From: an uncultured Thermus sp.
GTDB taxonomy: Bacteria > Deinococcota > Deinococci > Deinococcales > Thermaceae
Reading direction: 5' to 3'
DNA: 64,000 nucleotides
Assembly (NCBI GenBank): GCA_947085095.1
Contig: CAMTVD010000018.1
Location: 32,001-96,000, forward strand
Translations under genes and position numbers: made by a program
The notes under the pieces: model-generated
What the model was told of the DNA's origin: nothing
Databases searched by the model: none
What the model saw: the letters and a program-made list of their open reading frames with translations, nothing else
Shown: piece after piece, positions 44,506 to 54,355 of the stretch
Layout of the letters: every line of letters begins with the position of its first letter
How positions within the stretch are numbered: the first letter of the stretch is position 1

Positions 44506-45420
44506 GTGGTGCGCTTTCGTAGGGAGGGCCTGCGCCTGGACCAGGCGGTGGCCGAGGCCCTGGGGGTGAGCCGGGCCCGGGCCCAGGCCTGGATCGCCCA
44601 GGGCCGGGTCCGGGTGGGGGAGAAGGTGGTGCAGAGGCCCGCTTACCGCCTGAAGGGGGAGGAGGTGGCGGTGGAGCCCCCTGAGGAGCGCCCCCTGGTG
44701 GTGCCCGAGGACCTTTCCCTTCCCGTCCTCTACGAAGACGAGGACCTCCTGGTCCTCAACAAGCCCCCGGGCCTCCTCACCCACCCCGCTCCCGGGGTTT
44801 ACACGGGCACCGTGGTCAACGCCCTTCTGGGCCGCTACTACGAGCCCGAGGCCGCGGAGCGCCCGGAGCTCGTCCGCCCCGGCATCGTCCACCGCCTGGA
44901 CAAGGACACCAGCGGGGTCCTGGTGGTGGCCAAGCACGGGGGGGCCCTCGAGGCCCTCTCCCAGGCCTTCCGTGACCGCCTGGTGATGAAGCGCTACCTG
45001 GCCCTCACCGAGGGGCACCCCAAGGAGGGTACCCTCATCGCCCCCATCGGCCGCCACCCGGTGGAAAGGCACAGGATGCACGTGGGGGGGATCGCCCCCA
45101 GGTACGCCGAAACCCACTTCCAGATCCTGGCCACCTCTGGCCCCCACGCCCTGGTGGAGGCCCGGCCCCACACCGGGCGCACCCACCAGATCCGGGTCCA
45201 CCTCAAGCACCTCAAGGCCCCCATCCTGGGGGACGAGGTCTACGGCAGGAAGAGCCCCCAGATCGCCCGCCAAGCTCTCCACGCCTACGAGCTCCGCCTT
45301 CCCCACCCCCGCACCGGGAAGCTCCTGGAGTTCCAGGCCCCCGTGCCCCAGGACATGGTCCGGGCCTGGGAGGCCCTGGGAGGGGTGTGGCCGGAGGGGA
45401 TCGCCTTAGAGGGGGTATAA
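44506..45420 (+). CDS. RluD/RluA-family pseudouridine synthase with an S4 domain
   Basis: [23 protein letters not shown]. Confidence 0.93.
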   Translation: MVRFRREGLRLDQAVAEALGVSRARAQAWIAQGRVRVGEKVVQRPAYRLKGEEVAVEPPEERPLVVPEDLSLPVLYEDEDLLVLNKPPGLLTHPAPGVYTGTVVNALLGRYYEPEAAERPELVRPGIVHRLDKDTSGVLVVAKHGGALEALSQAFRDRLVMKRYLALTEGHPKEGTLIAPIGRHPVERHRMHVGGIAPRYAETHFQILATSGPHALVEARPHTGRTHQIRVHLKHLKAPILGDEVYGRKSPQIARQALHAYELRLPHPRTGKLLEFQAPVPQDMVRAWEALGGVWPEGIALEGV

Positions 45421-45428
45421 TCCCGGAA

Positions 45429-46301
45429 ATGGAAGCCTCCGTGGCCCTGCGTGCACCCTTGGATGCGGCCTCGCCCTCCCATCCCCCCGTCCGCCTCCAC
45501 GTGGGGGATGCCCGGGAGGTCCTTTCCCGTCTCCCCGAGGCCTCCGTCCACCTGGCGGTCACCTCGCCCCCCTACTGGACCCTGAAGCGCTACGAGGACC
45601 ACCCCGGCCAGCTCGGCCACGTGGAGGACTACGAGGCCTTTTTGAACGAGCTGGACAAGGTCTGGCGGGAGGTCTACCGCCTCCTGGTGCCCGGGGGGCG
45701 GCTCGTCATCGTGGTGGGGGATGTGGCTGTGGCCCGGAAGCGCTTCGGGCGGCACCTGGTCTTTCCCCTCCACGCCGACATCCAGGTGCGGTGCCGCAGG
45801 CTTGGCTTTGACAACCTGAACCCCATCATCTGGCACAAGCACACCAACGCCAGCCTCGAGGCCGACCGCCCCGGCTTCTTCCTGGGCAAGCCCTACGAGC
45901 CCGGGGCCATCGTCAAAACGGAGATAGAGTACATCCTCATGCAACGGAAGCCTGGGGGGTACCGCAAGCCCACCCCCGAGCAGCGGGAGAAGAGCCGCAT
46001 CCCCAAGGAGGACTTTGCCCGCTTCTTCCGCCAGATCTGGGACGACCTTCCCGGGGAGAGCACCAAGACCCACCCCGCCCCCTTCCCCCTGGAGCTGGCC
46101 GAGAGGCTGGTGCGCATGTTCAGCTTCGTGGGGGACGTGGTCTTAGACCCCTTCGCCGGTACCGGCACCACCCTGCTGGCGGCCCTCAAGTGGGGAAGGG
46201 AGGCCGTAGGGGTGGAGCTCGTCCCCAAGTACGCCGAGCTGGCCAAAAAGCGCTTCGCCAGGGAGCTTCCGGGGGCGACGCTGGAGGTGGTGGGAGGTTA
46301 G
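45429..46301 (+). CDS. Beta-class N4/N6 DNA methyltransferase
   Basis: TSPPY catalytic motif precedes HPAPFP and DPFAGTGT; TATAAT 7 nt before the ATG at 45429. Confidence 0.9.
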   Translation: MEASVALRAPLDAASPSHPPVRLHVGDAREVLSRLPEASVHLAVTSPPYWTLKRYEDHPGQLGHVEDYEAFLNELDKVWREVYRLLVPGGRLVIVVGDVAVARKRFGRHLVFPLHADIQVRCRRLGFDNLNPIIWHKHTNASLEADRPGFFLGKPYEPGAIVKTEIEYILMQRKPGGYRKPTPEQREKSRIPKEDFARFFRQIWDDLPGESTKTHPAPFPLELAERLVRMFSFVGDVVLDPFAGTGTTLLAALKWGREAVGVELVPKYAELAKKRFARELPGATLEVVGG

Positions 46302-46303
46302 CC

Positions 46304-46975
46304 GTGGACCCCGCCCTTTTGGCCTCGGAACTAGAGGGCATCCTGAGGCGGGTTGCGGCCGCTTCCCAGCAGGATAGTGGCCGGCAAAACCCCCTGGCGG
46401 ACTACCTCTTGCGGCGCCTGCGCCTCCGCCTTCCCGCTTCCCTCCATCCTCACCTCAAGCGGGAGGTGCAGGTGCCGGGTCTGGCCAGGCTCAAGTCCTG
46501 GGACCTGGGCCTGGTCTACCCGGAGGGCCCCGTCAGGAAACCCCGGCTTCTCCTATCCCTAAAGTCCATCCTGAAAAACCCCTCGGGTTCCTGGCCTAAT
46601 CGGCTGGACGACCTGGTGGGCGAGGTCTCCTCCGTGCAGATGCTTTTCCCGGAGGTGGTGGTGGGTTACGTGGTGGTTCTGGACTACGGTGCCCCCACCA
46701 AGCGGAAGGGGGGGTACAAAAGGCCTGTGGGGGACGAGCTAAAGCCCCTCTACGCCCGCTTTGTCCGGGGTCTGGAGGCTCTTTCTAGAAGACGCCCCCC
46801 CCTCTGGGCCCAGGGGTTGGTGGAGGGGCACTGGGCGATTTCCGTGGACAGCCGGAAGGAGGCCCTCCTCCTGGAGCCCGAGACTACGGTGAGGGCGGGC
46901 GAGGCCTTCTTGGACGCCTTGGTGGAGGCCTTGCGGGAGCGGGAGCCTTTGCTGTTCGTGGACGAGCAAGGCTGA
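46304..46975 (+). CDS. Putative restriction endonuclease, divergent XhoI/PaeR7I-like PD-(D/E)xK fold
   Basis: EVQVPG...KSWDL...LLLSLKS...NRLDDLVGE...VGY; starts 2 bp after the methyltransferase. Confidence 0.6.
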   Translation: MDPALLASELEGILRRVAAASQQDSGRQNPLADYLLRRLRLRLPASLHPHLKREVQVPGLARLKSWDLGLVYPEGPVRKPRLLLSLKSILKNPSGSWPNRLDDLVGEVSSVQMLFPEVVVGYVVVLDYGAPTKRKGGYKRPVGDELKPLYARFVRGLEALSRRRPPLWAQGLVEGHWAISVDSRKEALLLEPETTVRAGEAFLDALVEALREREPLLFVDEQG

Positions 46976-46987
46976 AAAGTCCTTGGC

Positions 46988-48088
46988 CTAAGAGGGGGCC
47001 GCTCCCGCCAGTTGGAGCAGAGGGGGCAGGGCTTCTTGTAGGTCTTCTGGCGCGTCCCGCCTCAGGGTGATGTGCCCCACCTTGCGCCCGGGGCGCACCC
47101 CCTTGCCGTACCAGTGGAGGTGGGCCCCGGGCACCCTCAGGACCTCCCGGAAGTCGGGCTTGAGGCCGATGAGGTTCACCATGGCGCTATGCCCCCTGGG
47201 GGCGGTGCTCCCCAGGGGGAGGCCCAGGATGGCCCGCAGATGGTTCTGGAACTGGCTCGTCTCCGCTCCCTCCAGGGTCCAGTGGCCGGAGTTGTGCACC
47301 CGGGGGGCCATCTCGTTGAAGAAAAGCTCCTCGCCCACCTGGAAGAGTTCCAGAGCCAGGACCCCCACGTAGTCCAGGGCCTCGAGGGCCTTCCTCGCAT
47401 ACCCCTCCGCCTTCTTCCGCAGGGCCTCGGAAGCCCCCGGGGCGGGGGCCAGGGAGAGGCGGAGGATGCCCCCTTGGTGGTGGTTTTCCACCAGGGGGTA
47501 AAAGGCCACTTCCCCCGTGGTTCCCCGCACCGCCAGGATGGAAAGTTCCCGGTCAAAGGGCACGAAGCCCTCCAGGATGAGCCCCTTCCCTCCCAGGGCA
47601 TGGAAGGCGGCCTCCGCCTCCTCGGGGGCCCGCACCAGGGCCTGGCCCTTGCCGTCGTACCCGCCCCTCCGGGTCTTGAGGAGGGCGGGAAGGCCCACCC
47701 GCTTGAGGCCCTCCTCCAGGTCAGGGAGGCTATCCACCGGGTGGAAGGGGGGCGTGGGCACTCCCAGGCCCCGGAAAAAGGTCTTCTCCAAAAGGCGGTC
47801 CTGGGCCACCTCCAGGGCCTTGGGCGAGGGGTAGACGGGGAGGAGGCCTTCCAGGAAGCGGGCCGCCCCCACGGGAACGTTCTCAAACTCGTAGGTGATG
47901 AGGTCTAGCCCCTGAGCGAAGCCCCTTAGGGCGGCCTCGTCCTCAAAGGCCCCTGGCAGAAGCTCCCCCACCTGGCCGGCGCAGGCCTCGGGGGAGGGGT
48001 CCAGGAAGCGGAAGGAAAGCCCCAGGGGGTAGCCCGCAAGGGCCAGCATCCGCCCCAGCTGGCCGCCGCCCAGAATCCCGATCCTCAT
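46988..48088 (-). CDS. purK: N5-CAIR synthetase
   Basis: GGGQLGRM, YEFEN, GYDGKGQ, NEMAPRVHNSGH, RKVGH. Confidence 0.96.
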   Translation of the reverse strand: MRIGILGGGQLGRMLALAGYPLGLSFRFLDPSPEACAGQVGELLPGAFEDEAALRGFAQGLDLITYEFENVPVGAARFLEGLLPVYPSPKALEVAQDRLLEKTFFRGLGVPTPPFHPVDSLPDLEEGLKRVGLPALLKTRRGGYDGKGQALVRAPEEAEAAFHALGGKGLILEGFVPFDRELSILAVRGTTGEVAFYPLVENHHQGGILRLSLAPAPGASEALRKKAEGYARKALEALDYVGVLALELFQVGEELFFNEMAPRVHNSGHWTLEGAETSQFQNHLRAILGLPLGSTAPRGHSAMVNLIGLKPDFREVLRVPGAHLHWYGKGVRPGRKVGHITLRRDAPEDLQEALPPLLQLAGAAPS

Positions 48089-48140
48089 ACCCTTATTCTT
48101 CCTTCAAAAGGCCCCCGTGAGGCGCTTTTCGGGAGCGGGA

Positions 48141-48635
48141 TCACGCCTCCTCCCTGGGGTCGGGGTGGGCCAGGACCGCCTCGGTCTGGGCTTGGCGGTA
48201 GGCCTTGACCCTTTCCAGCACCTCGGGGTGCCTGAGGCCCACGATGCTGGCGGCGAGGAGCGCGGCGTTCACCGCCCCCGCCTTGCCGATGGCCAGGGTC
48301 CCCACCGGGACCCCTGCCGGCATCTGCACGATGGAAAGAAGGGAGTCCAGGCCCTTCAGGGCCTGGCTTTCCACGGGAACCCCCAGGACGGGCAAGGGGG
48401 TATGGGCCGCGGTCATCCCCGGGAGGTGGGCGGCCCCTCCCGCCCCGGCGATGATGACCATGAGACCCCGGGCCTCCGCGGTTTTGGCGTACTCCGCCAT
48501 GAGGTCGGGGGTGCGGTGGGCGGAGACCACCCGCACCTCGTGGGGGACCCCGAGGGCCTCGAGGGTCTCCGCCGCATGGCGCAGGGTGGCCCAGTCCGAG
48601 CGCGAGCCCATGATGATGGCTACCAAAGGCTGCAT
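48141..48635 (-). CDS. purE: N5-CAIR mutase
   Basis: MGSRSD, SAHRTP, AAHLPG, SIVQMP. Confidence 0.97.
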   Translation of the reverse strand: MQPLVAIIMGSRSDWATLRHAAETLEALGVPHEVRVVSAHRTPDLMAEYAKTAEARGLMVIIAGAGGAAHLPGMTAAHTPLPVLGVPVESQALKGLDSLLSIVQMPAGVPVGTLAIGKAGAVNAALLAASIVGLRHPEVLERVKAYRQAQTEAVLAHPDPREEA

Positions 48636-48682
48636 CGTACCGGATTGTACAAGGGGAGGCCCCTCTGGTAGAAGGGGAAGCT

Positions 48683-49639
48683 ATGGAAGCCTTGGAGCTC
48701 CTGCGCTTGAACCTCCTTTCCCCCATGGTCCTGGCCTTCTTCCTGGGGGTGGCGGCCCGGCTTCTAAGAAGCGACCTGGCCTTTCCCGAGGCCATGTACA
48801 CGGCCCTTTCCATCTACCTCCTCTTGGCCATCGGCTTCAAGGGAGGGGTGGAGCTTTCCAAAACGCCCCTGGGGCTTCTCCTCCTGCCCGCCCTGGCCAC
48901 CCTCTCTCTGGGGCTCATCCGGCCCCTTTCCGGCTACCTCCTGGCCCGGCGCTTCCTGGGGGTGGGGCGGGCGGACGCTGGGGCCTTGGCGGCCCACTAC
49001 GGCTCGGTCTCCGCGGTCACCTTCCTGGCCGCCCTCACCTTTGTCCAGGCGGTGGGCGGGCGTCCGGAAGGGTTCATGCCCACCCTGGTAGCCCTCCTGG
49101 AGGTGCCGGGGATCGTCCTGGCCCTGGTCTTGGCCAAACGGGGGAGCGGGAGTGTGGGGGAGGCCACGCGGGAGGTGCTTACCGGCAAGAGCGTGGTCCT
49201 CCTCCTGGGGGGGCTTTCCATCGGGGCCCTTTCGGGGGAGGCGGGGATGGAGCGGGTGAAGCCCTTCTTCGTGGACCCCTTCTACGGGGCCCTCACCCTT
49301 TTCCTGCTGGATCTGGGGATGGTGGCGGCCTCGAGGCTCGCTACCCTGCGCCAGGTGGGTTTTCGCCTGGTCCTCTACGGGGTGGGCCTGGCCCTCGTCC
49401 ACGGGGCCTTCGGGGTCTACCTGGGCCACCTGGTGGGGCTTTCCGTGGGCGGGGCCACGGTCTTGGGGGCCATGGCGGCCAGCGCCAGCTACATCGCCGC
49501 CCCGGCGGCGGTGCGCATCGCCCTGCCCGAGGCCAACCCCAGCCTGTATCTGGCTGCCAGCCTGGCGGTTACCTTTCCCTTTAACCTGGTCTTGGGCATC
49601 CCCATCTACCACGCCTTGGCCCAGTGGATCGGGGGGTGA
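48683..49639 (+). CDS. SbtA-family (DUF897) sodium-dependent bicarbonate transporter
   Basis: YLLLAIGFKGG, AHYGSVSAVTF, SASYIAAPA, TFPFN. Confidence 0.88.
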   Translation: MEALELLRLNLLSPMVLAFFLGVAARLLRSDLAFPEAMYTALSIYLLLAIGFKGGVELSKTPLGLLLLPALATLSLGLIRPLSGYLLARRFLGVGRADAGALAAHYGSVSAVTFLAALTFVQAVGGRPEGFMPTLVALLEVPGIVLALVLAKRGSGSVGEATREVLTGKSVVLLLGGLSIGALSGEAGMERVKPFFVDPFYGALTLFLLDLGMVAASRLATLRQVGFRLVLYGVGLALVHGAFGVYLGHLVGLSVGGATVLGAMAASASYIAAPAAVRIALPEANPSLYLAASLAVTFPFNLVLGIPIYHALAQWIGG

Positions 49640-49642
49640 AGC

Positions 49643-49945
49643 ATGAACCTGGTGCCTTTGAAGCTGGTGACCATCGTGGCGGAAAGCATCCTGGAGAAGA
49701 AGCTGGTGGAGGAGATCAAGCGCCTGGGGGCCAAGGGGTATACCATCGTGCCCGCAAGGGGGGAGGGTTCTCGGGGCATGCGCAGCCTGGACTGGGAGGG
49801 GCAGAACATCCGCCTGGAAACCATCGTCCCCGAGGAGGTGGCCCTTAGGATCCTGGCCCGCTTGCAGGAGGCCTACTTTCCCCACTATGCCGTGATCGCC
49901 TACGTGGAAAACGTCTTTGTGGTGCGGGGGGAGAAGTACGTTTAG
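49643..49945 (+). CDS. SbtB-like P-II family regulator
   Basis: KLVTIVAE...GAKGYT...GEGSRG...NIRLETIV; starts 3 bp after the transporter. Confidence 0.85.
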   Translation: MNLVPLKLVTIVAESILEKKLVEEIKRLGAKGYTIVPARGEGSRGMRSLDWEGQNIRLETIVPEEVALRILARLQEAYFPHYAVIAYVENVFVVRGEKYV

Positions 49946-50469
49946 GGCTGGCCCTTCCCCCGCCGCACCAGGGGGAGGAGGGCCAGGAGGAGAAGCCCTA
50001 AGAAGAGGAGCCAGGCCGGCACCCTCTGTCCCAGGAAGAAGGCCAAGAGCACCAGGCTCTGGGTCCAGAGGAGGCTCCCCAGGGCGGTGAGGAGCAGGTA
50101 GGGGAGGAGGGGATAGCCCAGGGCTCCAAAAAGGAGGGGGATGAGGGTGCGCAGGCCGGGGAGGAAAGGGGCCACGAGGAGGGCGGAGGGGCCAAAGCGG
50201 CCGAGGAACCTCTCCCCCCGCCTTAGGAGTTCTTCGGGGAAGCGCTTTCGGACTCTGGCCCCAAGCCGCCGCCCCACCCCGTACCCCAGGGCGTGGCCGG
50301 CAAAGGCCCCTAGGAAGAGGAGGGGGAGGAGGGGGAAGAGGGCGAGCCTTCCCTCCCCGGCCAGGACCCCGAGGGTGAGGAGAAGGGTGTCCCCCCCGGG
50401 GACGAAGAGGCCAAAGGGGAGCCCCACCTCCAGGAGGAGGATGAGGGCGGGGACGAGGTGGGCGCTCAT
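49942..50469 (-). CDS. DedA family membrane protein
   Basis: LEVGLPFGLFVPGGDTLL, FLPGLRT. Confidence 0.85.
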   Translation of the reverse strand: MSAHLVPALILLLEVGLPFGLFVPGGDTLLLTLGVLAGEGRLALFPLLPLLFLGAFAGHALGYGVGRRLGARVRKRFPEELLRRGERFLGRFGPSALLVAPFLPGLRTLIPLLFGALGYPLLPYLLLTALGSLLWTQSLVLLAFFLGQRVPAWLLFLGLLLLALLPLVRRGKGQP

Positions 50470-50470
50470 C

Positions 50471-51166
50471 CTAGGGGGTCTGGGGGGCAGGCTTCCGCAG
50501 GGCCCAGAAACTGCCCAAAAGGAGCACCCCCAGGATGAAGAGGCTAAAGGCCTCCTTGTCCAGGCCCAAGGCCAGCTCGGGGCGGTGGAGGGTTTCCTTC
50601 GCCAGCTTGTCCCATCCGCCCACCAGAAGCTTTACTCCGGCGAGGCCCACCACCACGTAGGCCAGGTGTTTGAACCGGGGATAGCGGTCCAGAAGGTTCA
50701 TCACCAGGCTGGCCAGCATTCTCAAGGCCAGGATGCCCAGGAAGACCCCGGTGTAGATCACCCAAAGCTGGTCGGAAAGGGCCACGGCCACCAGGACCGA
50801 GTCCACGGCGAAGGCCAGGTCCATGAGCTCCACCTGGGCCACCACCTTCCAGAACTGGGCGGCGCTGGCTTCCAAGGGCGGGGGGGCGTGGGCATCGTCG
50901 GGCTTGAGGAAGTGCTTGAGGGCGATGTAGAGGAGGTAGGCTGCCCCCAAAACCTGGACCCACCAGAGCTTGATGACCAAGGCGGCGAAGAGGAGGGCGA
51001 GGCCCCTGAAGACGTAGGCCCCCAGGATGCCGTAGAAGAGAGCCCTACGCCTCAGGTGCACGGGGAGCTTCTGCACCAAGACCCCCAGGATGAGGGCGTT
51101 GTCCGCGGAGAGGATGACCTCCAGGACGATCAGGATCAGGATCACGGAAATCACACCAGCTTCCAT
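50471..51166 (-). CDS. TerC family (YkoY/Alx-like) membrane protein
   Basis: LEVILSADNA, MDLAFAVDSV; follows the Mn riboswitch. Confidence 0.9.
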   Translation of the reverse strand: MEAGVISVILILIVLEVILSADNALILGVLVQKLPVHLRRRALFYGILGAYVFRGLALLFAALVIKLWWVQVLGAAYLLYIALKHFLKPDDAHAPPPLEASAAQFWKVVAQVELMDLAFAVDSVLVAVALSDQLWVIYTGVFLGILALRMLASLVMNLLDRYPRFKHLAYVVVGLAGVKLLVGGWDKLAKETLHRPELALGLDKEAFSLFILGVLLLGSFWALRKPAPQTP

Positions 51167-51175
51167 GCTTGCCTC

Positions 51176-51292
51176 CAAAGAAAAGGACCACCGCTAAAGC
51201 GGTGGTCTTGCCCGGGCCTCTGGCCCCCGGCCCCCCGGGGCTTTTTCGCCCGTACTGACGAGAGGCCGGCTCGGGGCTACTCCCCAACCACC
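51176..51292 (-). ncRNA. yybP-ykoY manganese riboswitch with terminator expression platform
   Basis: Minus strand GGGGAGTAGC...CGTCAGTAC...GGGCAAGACC, then GACCACCGC-TTTA-GCGGTGGTC-CTTTTTCTTT, upstream of a TerC gene. Confidence 0.88.
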
Positions 51293-51338
51293 GCCATTGT
51301 AGCAGAAAGGGCCGGGTGGACTCGGGTATACTGGGGGC

Positions 51339-51680
51339 ATGGACGAGGTGCGGCAGGAGGCGGGGCTTCCCACCAAGGAGCAGGTCCTCGAGGCCCTTAA
51401 GGTGGTCTACGACCCGGAGATCCCCGTGAACATCGTGGACCTGGGCCTGGTCTACGACGTGGAGGTCCACGAAAACGGCGTGGTGGACGTGACCATGACC
51501 CTCACCGCCATCGGCTGCCCCGCCCAGGACGTGGTGAAGGCCGACGCGGAGATGGCGGTCATGCGCCTTCCCGGGGTGCAGGGGGTGAACGTGGAGTTTG
51601 TCTGGACCCCACCCTGGACCCCGGCCAAGATGACCGAGGAGGGCAAGCGCATGATGCGGATGTTTGGGTTCAACGTGTGA
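51339..51680 (+). CDS. DUF59 / SufT-like Fe-S assembly factor
   Basis: DPEIPVNIVDLGLVY, TLTAIGCP, PPW. Confidence 0.92.
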   Translation: MDEVRQEAGLPTKEQVLEALKVVYDPEIPVNIVDLGLVYDVEVHENGVVDVTMTLTAIGCPAQDVVKADAEMAVMRLPGVQGVNVEFVWTPPWTPAKMTEEGKRMMRMFGFNV

Positions 51681-51697
51681 GCTTGGTTGCTTTACAG

Positions 51698-51719
51698 GGG
51701 GCCCGGAAGGGCCCCTTTT
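51698..51719 (+). terminator. Intrinsic terminator
   Basis: GGGGCCC-GGAA-GGGCCCC-TTTT. Confidence 0.7.
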
Positions 51720-51735
51720 GCGTTAGAGTAAGGGC

Positions 51736-53466
51736 ATGCCGGTCAGCCGCTATTACGATGTCAAGCGGGACGAGAAGGGGGAGAGGTACCTGGAGCCCTA
51801 CGTCACGGGCTTCCTCCTCCTCAGGCTTCCCCTCCTCAACAAGGGCACGGCCTTCACCGAGGAGGAGCGAAGAGCCCTGGGCCTCGAGGGGCTTCTGCCC
51901 CCCCATGTGAACACCCTCGAGGAGCAGAAGGAGCGGATCTACCGCCGCTACCGCCTTCAGACCTCGCCTTTGGAGAAACATATCTACCTGCGCCACCTCC
52001 AGGACCGCAACGAGGTCCTCTTCTACGCCCTCTTGGTGGACCACCTGGAGGAGATGCTCCCCATCCTCTACACCCCCACGGTGGGGGAGGCGGTGCGGGA
52101 GTTCTCCCACATCTACCGCTACCCCCGGGGTTTCACCGCCAGCACCAAGAACATAGACCGGGTTGAGGAGGCCCTCATGAACGTCCCCCTGGAGGAGGTG
52201 CGCCTCATCGTGGCCACGGACTCCTCGGCCATTTTGGGCATCGGGGACCAGGGGTATGGGGGCATGGCCATCAGCATCGGCAAGCTCACCCTCTACACCG
52301 CCGTGGGTGGGGTAGGGCCCGACAAAACCCTGCCCGTGGAGCTGGACGTGGGCACGGACCGGGAGGACCTCCTCAAGGACCCCCTCTACCTGGGGGTGCG
52401 CCACAAGAGGCTTCGGGGAGAGGCCTACTACCGCTTCCTGGACCGCTTCGTGGAGGCGGTGAAGAAGCGCTACCCCAAGGCCCTCATCCAGTGGGAGGAC
52501 TTCAGCAAGGAGGCGGCCTTCACCGTCTTGGAGCGCTACCGCAAGGTGGTGCCCTCCTTCAACGACGACATCCAGGGCACGGGGGCGGTGGCCCTAGCGG
52601 GGGTCCTCTCCGCCTGCCGCCTCAAGGGGGAGAGGCTTTCGGAGCAGGTGGTGGTGGTCTACGGGGCCGGGGCCGGGGGGATTGGCGTGGCCTGGGCCCT
52701 CATAGAGGGCATGAAAAGGGAGGGTCTCTCCGAGGAGGAGGCCAAGGCCAGGGTCCTGGTCCTGGACTCCAAGGGCCTCCTCCTGGAGGGGCGGGCCATG
52801 GAGGACTACAAAAGGCCCTACGCCCAGAAGCGGGAGCGGGTTTCGGGCTGGCGCTTCGCCGGGGACTACCCCAATCTTTTGGAAACTATAGAAAATGCCC
52901 GGGCCACGGTCCTCCTGGGCCTTTCCGGCCAGGGGGGAAGCTTCACCGAGCCCGTGGCCCGGGCCATGTTGCAAAACACCGAGCGCCCCGTCATCTTCCC
53001 CCTCTCCAACCCCACCTCCGCCTCCGAGGCCCTGCCCGACGACCTCATCTACTGGACTGAGGGCCGGGCCCTGGTGGCGGCGGGAAGCCCCTTTCCCCCT
53101 GTGGGCTTTAAGGGGCGGACCATCCCCATCGGCCAGGGAAACAACGCCTTCGTCTTCCCGGGCCTGGGCCTGGGGGCGGTGCTGGCCCGGGCCCGGGAGG
53201 TGACGGACGGGATGGTCCTCGAGGCCGCCTACGCCCTTCACGACTTCACCCGGGTCCACTTCCCCGACCTCCTCTACCCCCCGGTGGCCAGGCTCCGGGA
53301 GGTCTCCCCCTACGTGGCCGCCCGGGTCATGGCCAAGGCCCTGGAGGAGGGGGTGGCGGAGGAGGAGCGGATCCGGGGGCTGGACCTGGAGGGGCTTTTT
53401 GCCTTCGTGCAGAGCCGCTTCTGGGAGCCAAAGTACCTGCCCTACCGCCCGGCCCCGGTAATCTAG
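51736..53466 (+). CDS. NAD-dependent malic enzyme
   Basis: [44 protein letters not shown]. Confidence 0.94.
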   Translation: MPVSRYYDVKRDEKGERYLEPYVTGFLLLRLPLLNKGTAFTEEERRALGLEGLLPPHVNTLEEQKERIYRRYRLQTSPLEKHIYLRHLQDRNEVLFYALLVDHLEEMLPILYTPTVGEAVREFSHIYRYPRGFTASTKNIDRVEEALMNVPLEEVRLIVATDSSAILGIGDQGYGGMAISIGKLTLYTAVGGVGPDKTLPVELDVGTDREDLLKDPLYLGVRHKRLRGEAYYRFLDRFVEAVKKRYPKALIQWEDFSKEAAFTVLERYRKVVPSFNDDIQGTGAVALAGVLSACRLKGERLSEQVVVVYGAGAGGIGVAWALIEGMKREGLSEEEAKARVLVLDSKGLLLEGRAMEDYKRPYAQKRERVSGWRFAGDYPNLLETIENARATVLLGLSGQGGSFTEPVARAMLQNTERPVIFPLSNPTSASEALPDDLIYWTEGRALVAAGSPFPPVGFKGRTIPIGQGNNAFVFPGLGLGAVLARAREVTDGMVLEAAYALHDFTRVHFPDLLYPPVARLREVSPYVAARVMAKALEEGVAEEERIRGLDLEGLFAFVQSRFWEPKYLPYRPAPVI

Positions 53467-53470
53467 GGGT

Positions 53471-54355
53471 GTGTGGCGGCTCCTCACCCTTAGGCCCGGG
53501 GCTCTGGCCCAGGAAGAGGTCCTGAAGGGGGCCCCGGAACCCCAGGCCTTCCATCCCCTGGAGTCCCCCTGGGAGCCCCGGCGGGCGGAGCCCAGGCCCT
53601 GGCCCGAGCCCCTCTACTTCGTGGACGGCAAGGAGCGGGAGGAGGCCCTCCTCCAGGGGGAGCGGCTCGCCCTTTTGGGGTGTGTGGCGGCGGGGGCCTT
53701 GGTCCGCCAGGGGGGGAGGATGGCCCTCCTCCCCCCGGCGGTGCGCCGGGTGGGGGTGGGCCTCACCGAGCCTTTGAGGGTGGGGGAGCTCCTCTACGAG
53801 CCGCTGCCCGCCGAGGGGGGGGACTACGCCGCTTTAAAGGCCCGGCTCCAGGAGGCGCGGGAGGCCCTGGAATGGGAGGTGGCCCGGAGGCTTTCCGGGG
53901 GGCTTTTGGTGGTGGACGGGCCCGTGCGCTTCCTTAGGCCCCACGGTCTTCCCCTTCTCGGGTACATCAAGACCCACTGGGCCCGCTACCTGCCCGAGGG
54001 GGCGGAGTCCCTCCTCCAGGCCCTAAGGCCAGGGGAGAGGACGCCTGTATTCCGGGTGCGGCGGGGGGGCAGGGAGCTGGCCAGCTGGTATTTGCGCCTT
54101 CCCTTGGTCCCCGAGGGCCTGCGCCCCCCCCAGGCGGGGCTCCTTCGGGTGGAAACCCCGCTGGAGGATTCCTTTTCGGAGCTGGCGGACCTTTCCTTGA
54201 GCCTCTTTCCCCTCCTGGCCTCCCACCCGGTCAAGGACCCCCGGGCCCCGCAGAACCTGACCCCCATCGGGGCCTTGGAATGGGGGCTGGCTCGGAGGAT
54301 GGGAAGCCAGGAGGTGGTGGAGCGCCTTTTAAGGCGGCATCTGGGAGGTGGGTAG
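53471..54355 (+). CDS. nurA: NurA-family nuclease
   Basis: FVDG, VVDGP, GYIK, DPRAPQNL; directly upstream of herA. Confidence 0.85.
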   Translation: MWRLLTLRPGALAQEEVLKGAPEPQAFHPLESPWEPRRAEPRPWPEPLYFVDGKEREEALLQGERLALLGCVAAGALVRQGGRMALLPPAVRRVGVGLTEPLRVGELLYEPLPAEGGDYAALKARLQEAREALEWEVARRLSGGLLVVDGPVRFLRPHGLPLLGYIKTHWARYLPEGAESLLQALRPGERTPVFRVRRGGRELASWYLRLPLVPEGLRPPQAGLLRVETPLEDSFSELADLSLSLFPLLASHPVKDPRAPQNLTPIGALEWGLARRMGSQEVVERLLRRHLGGG

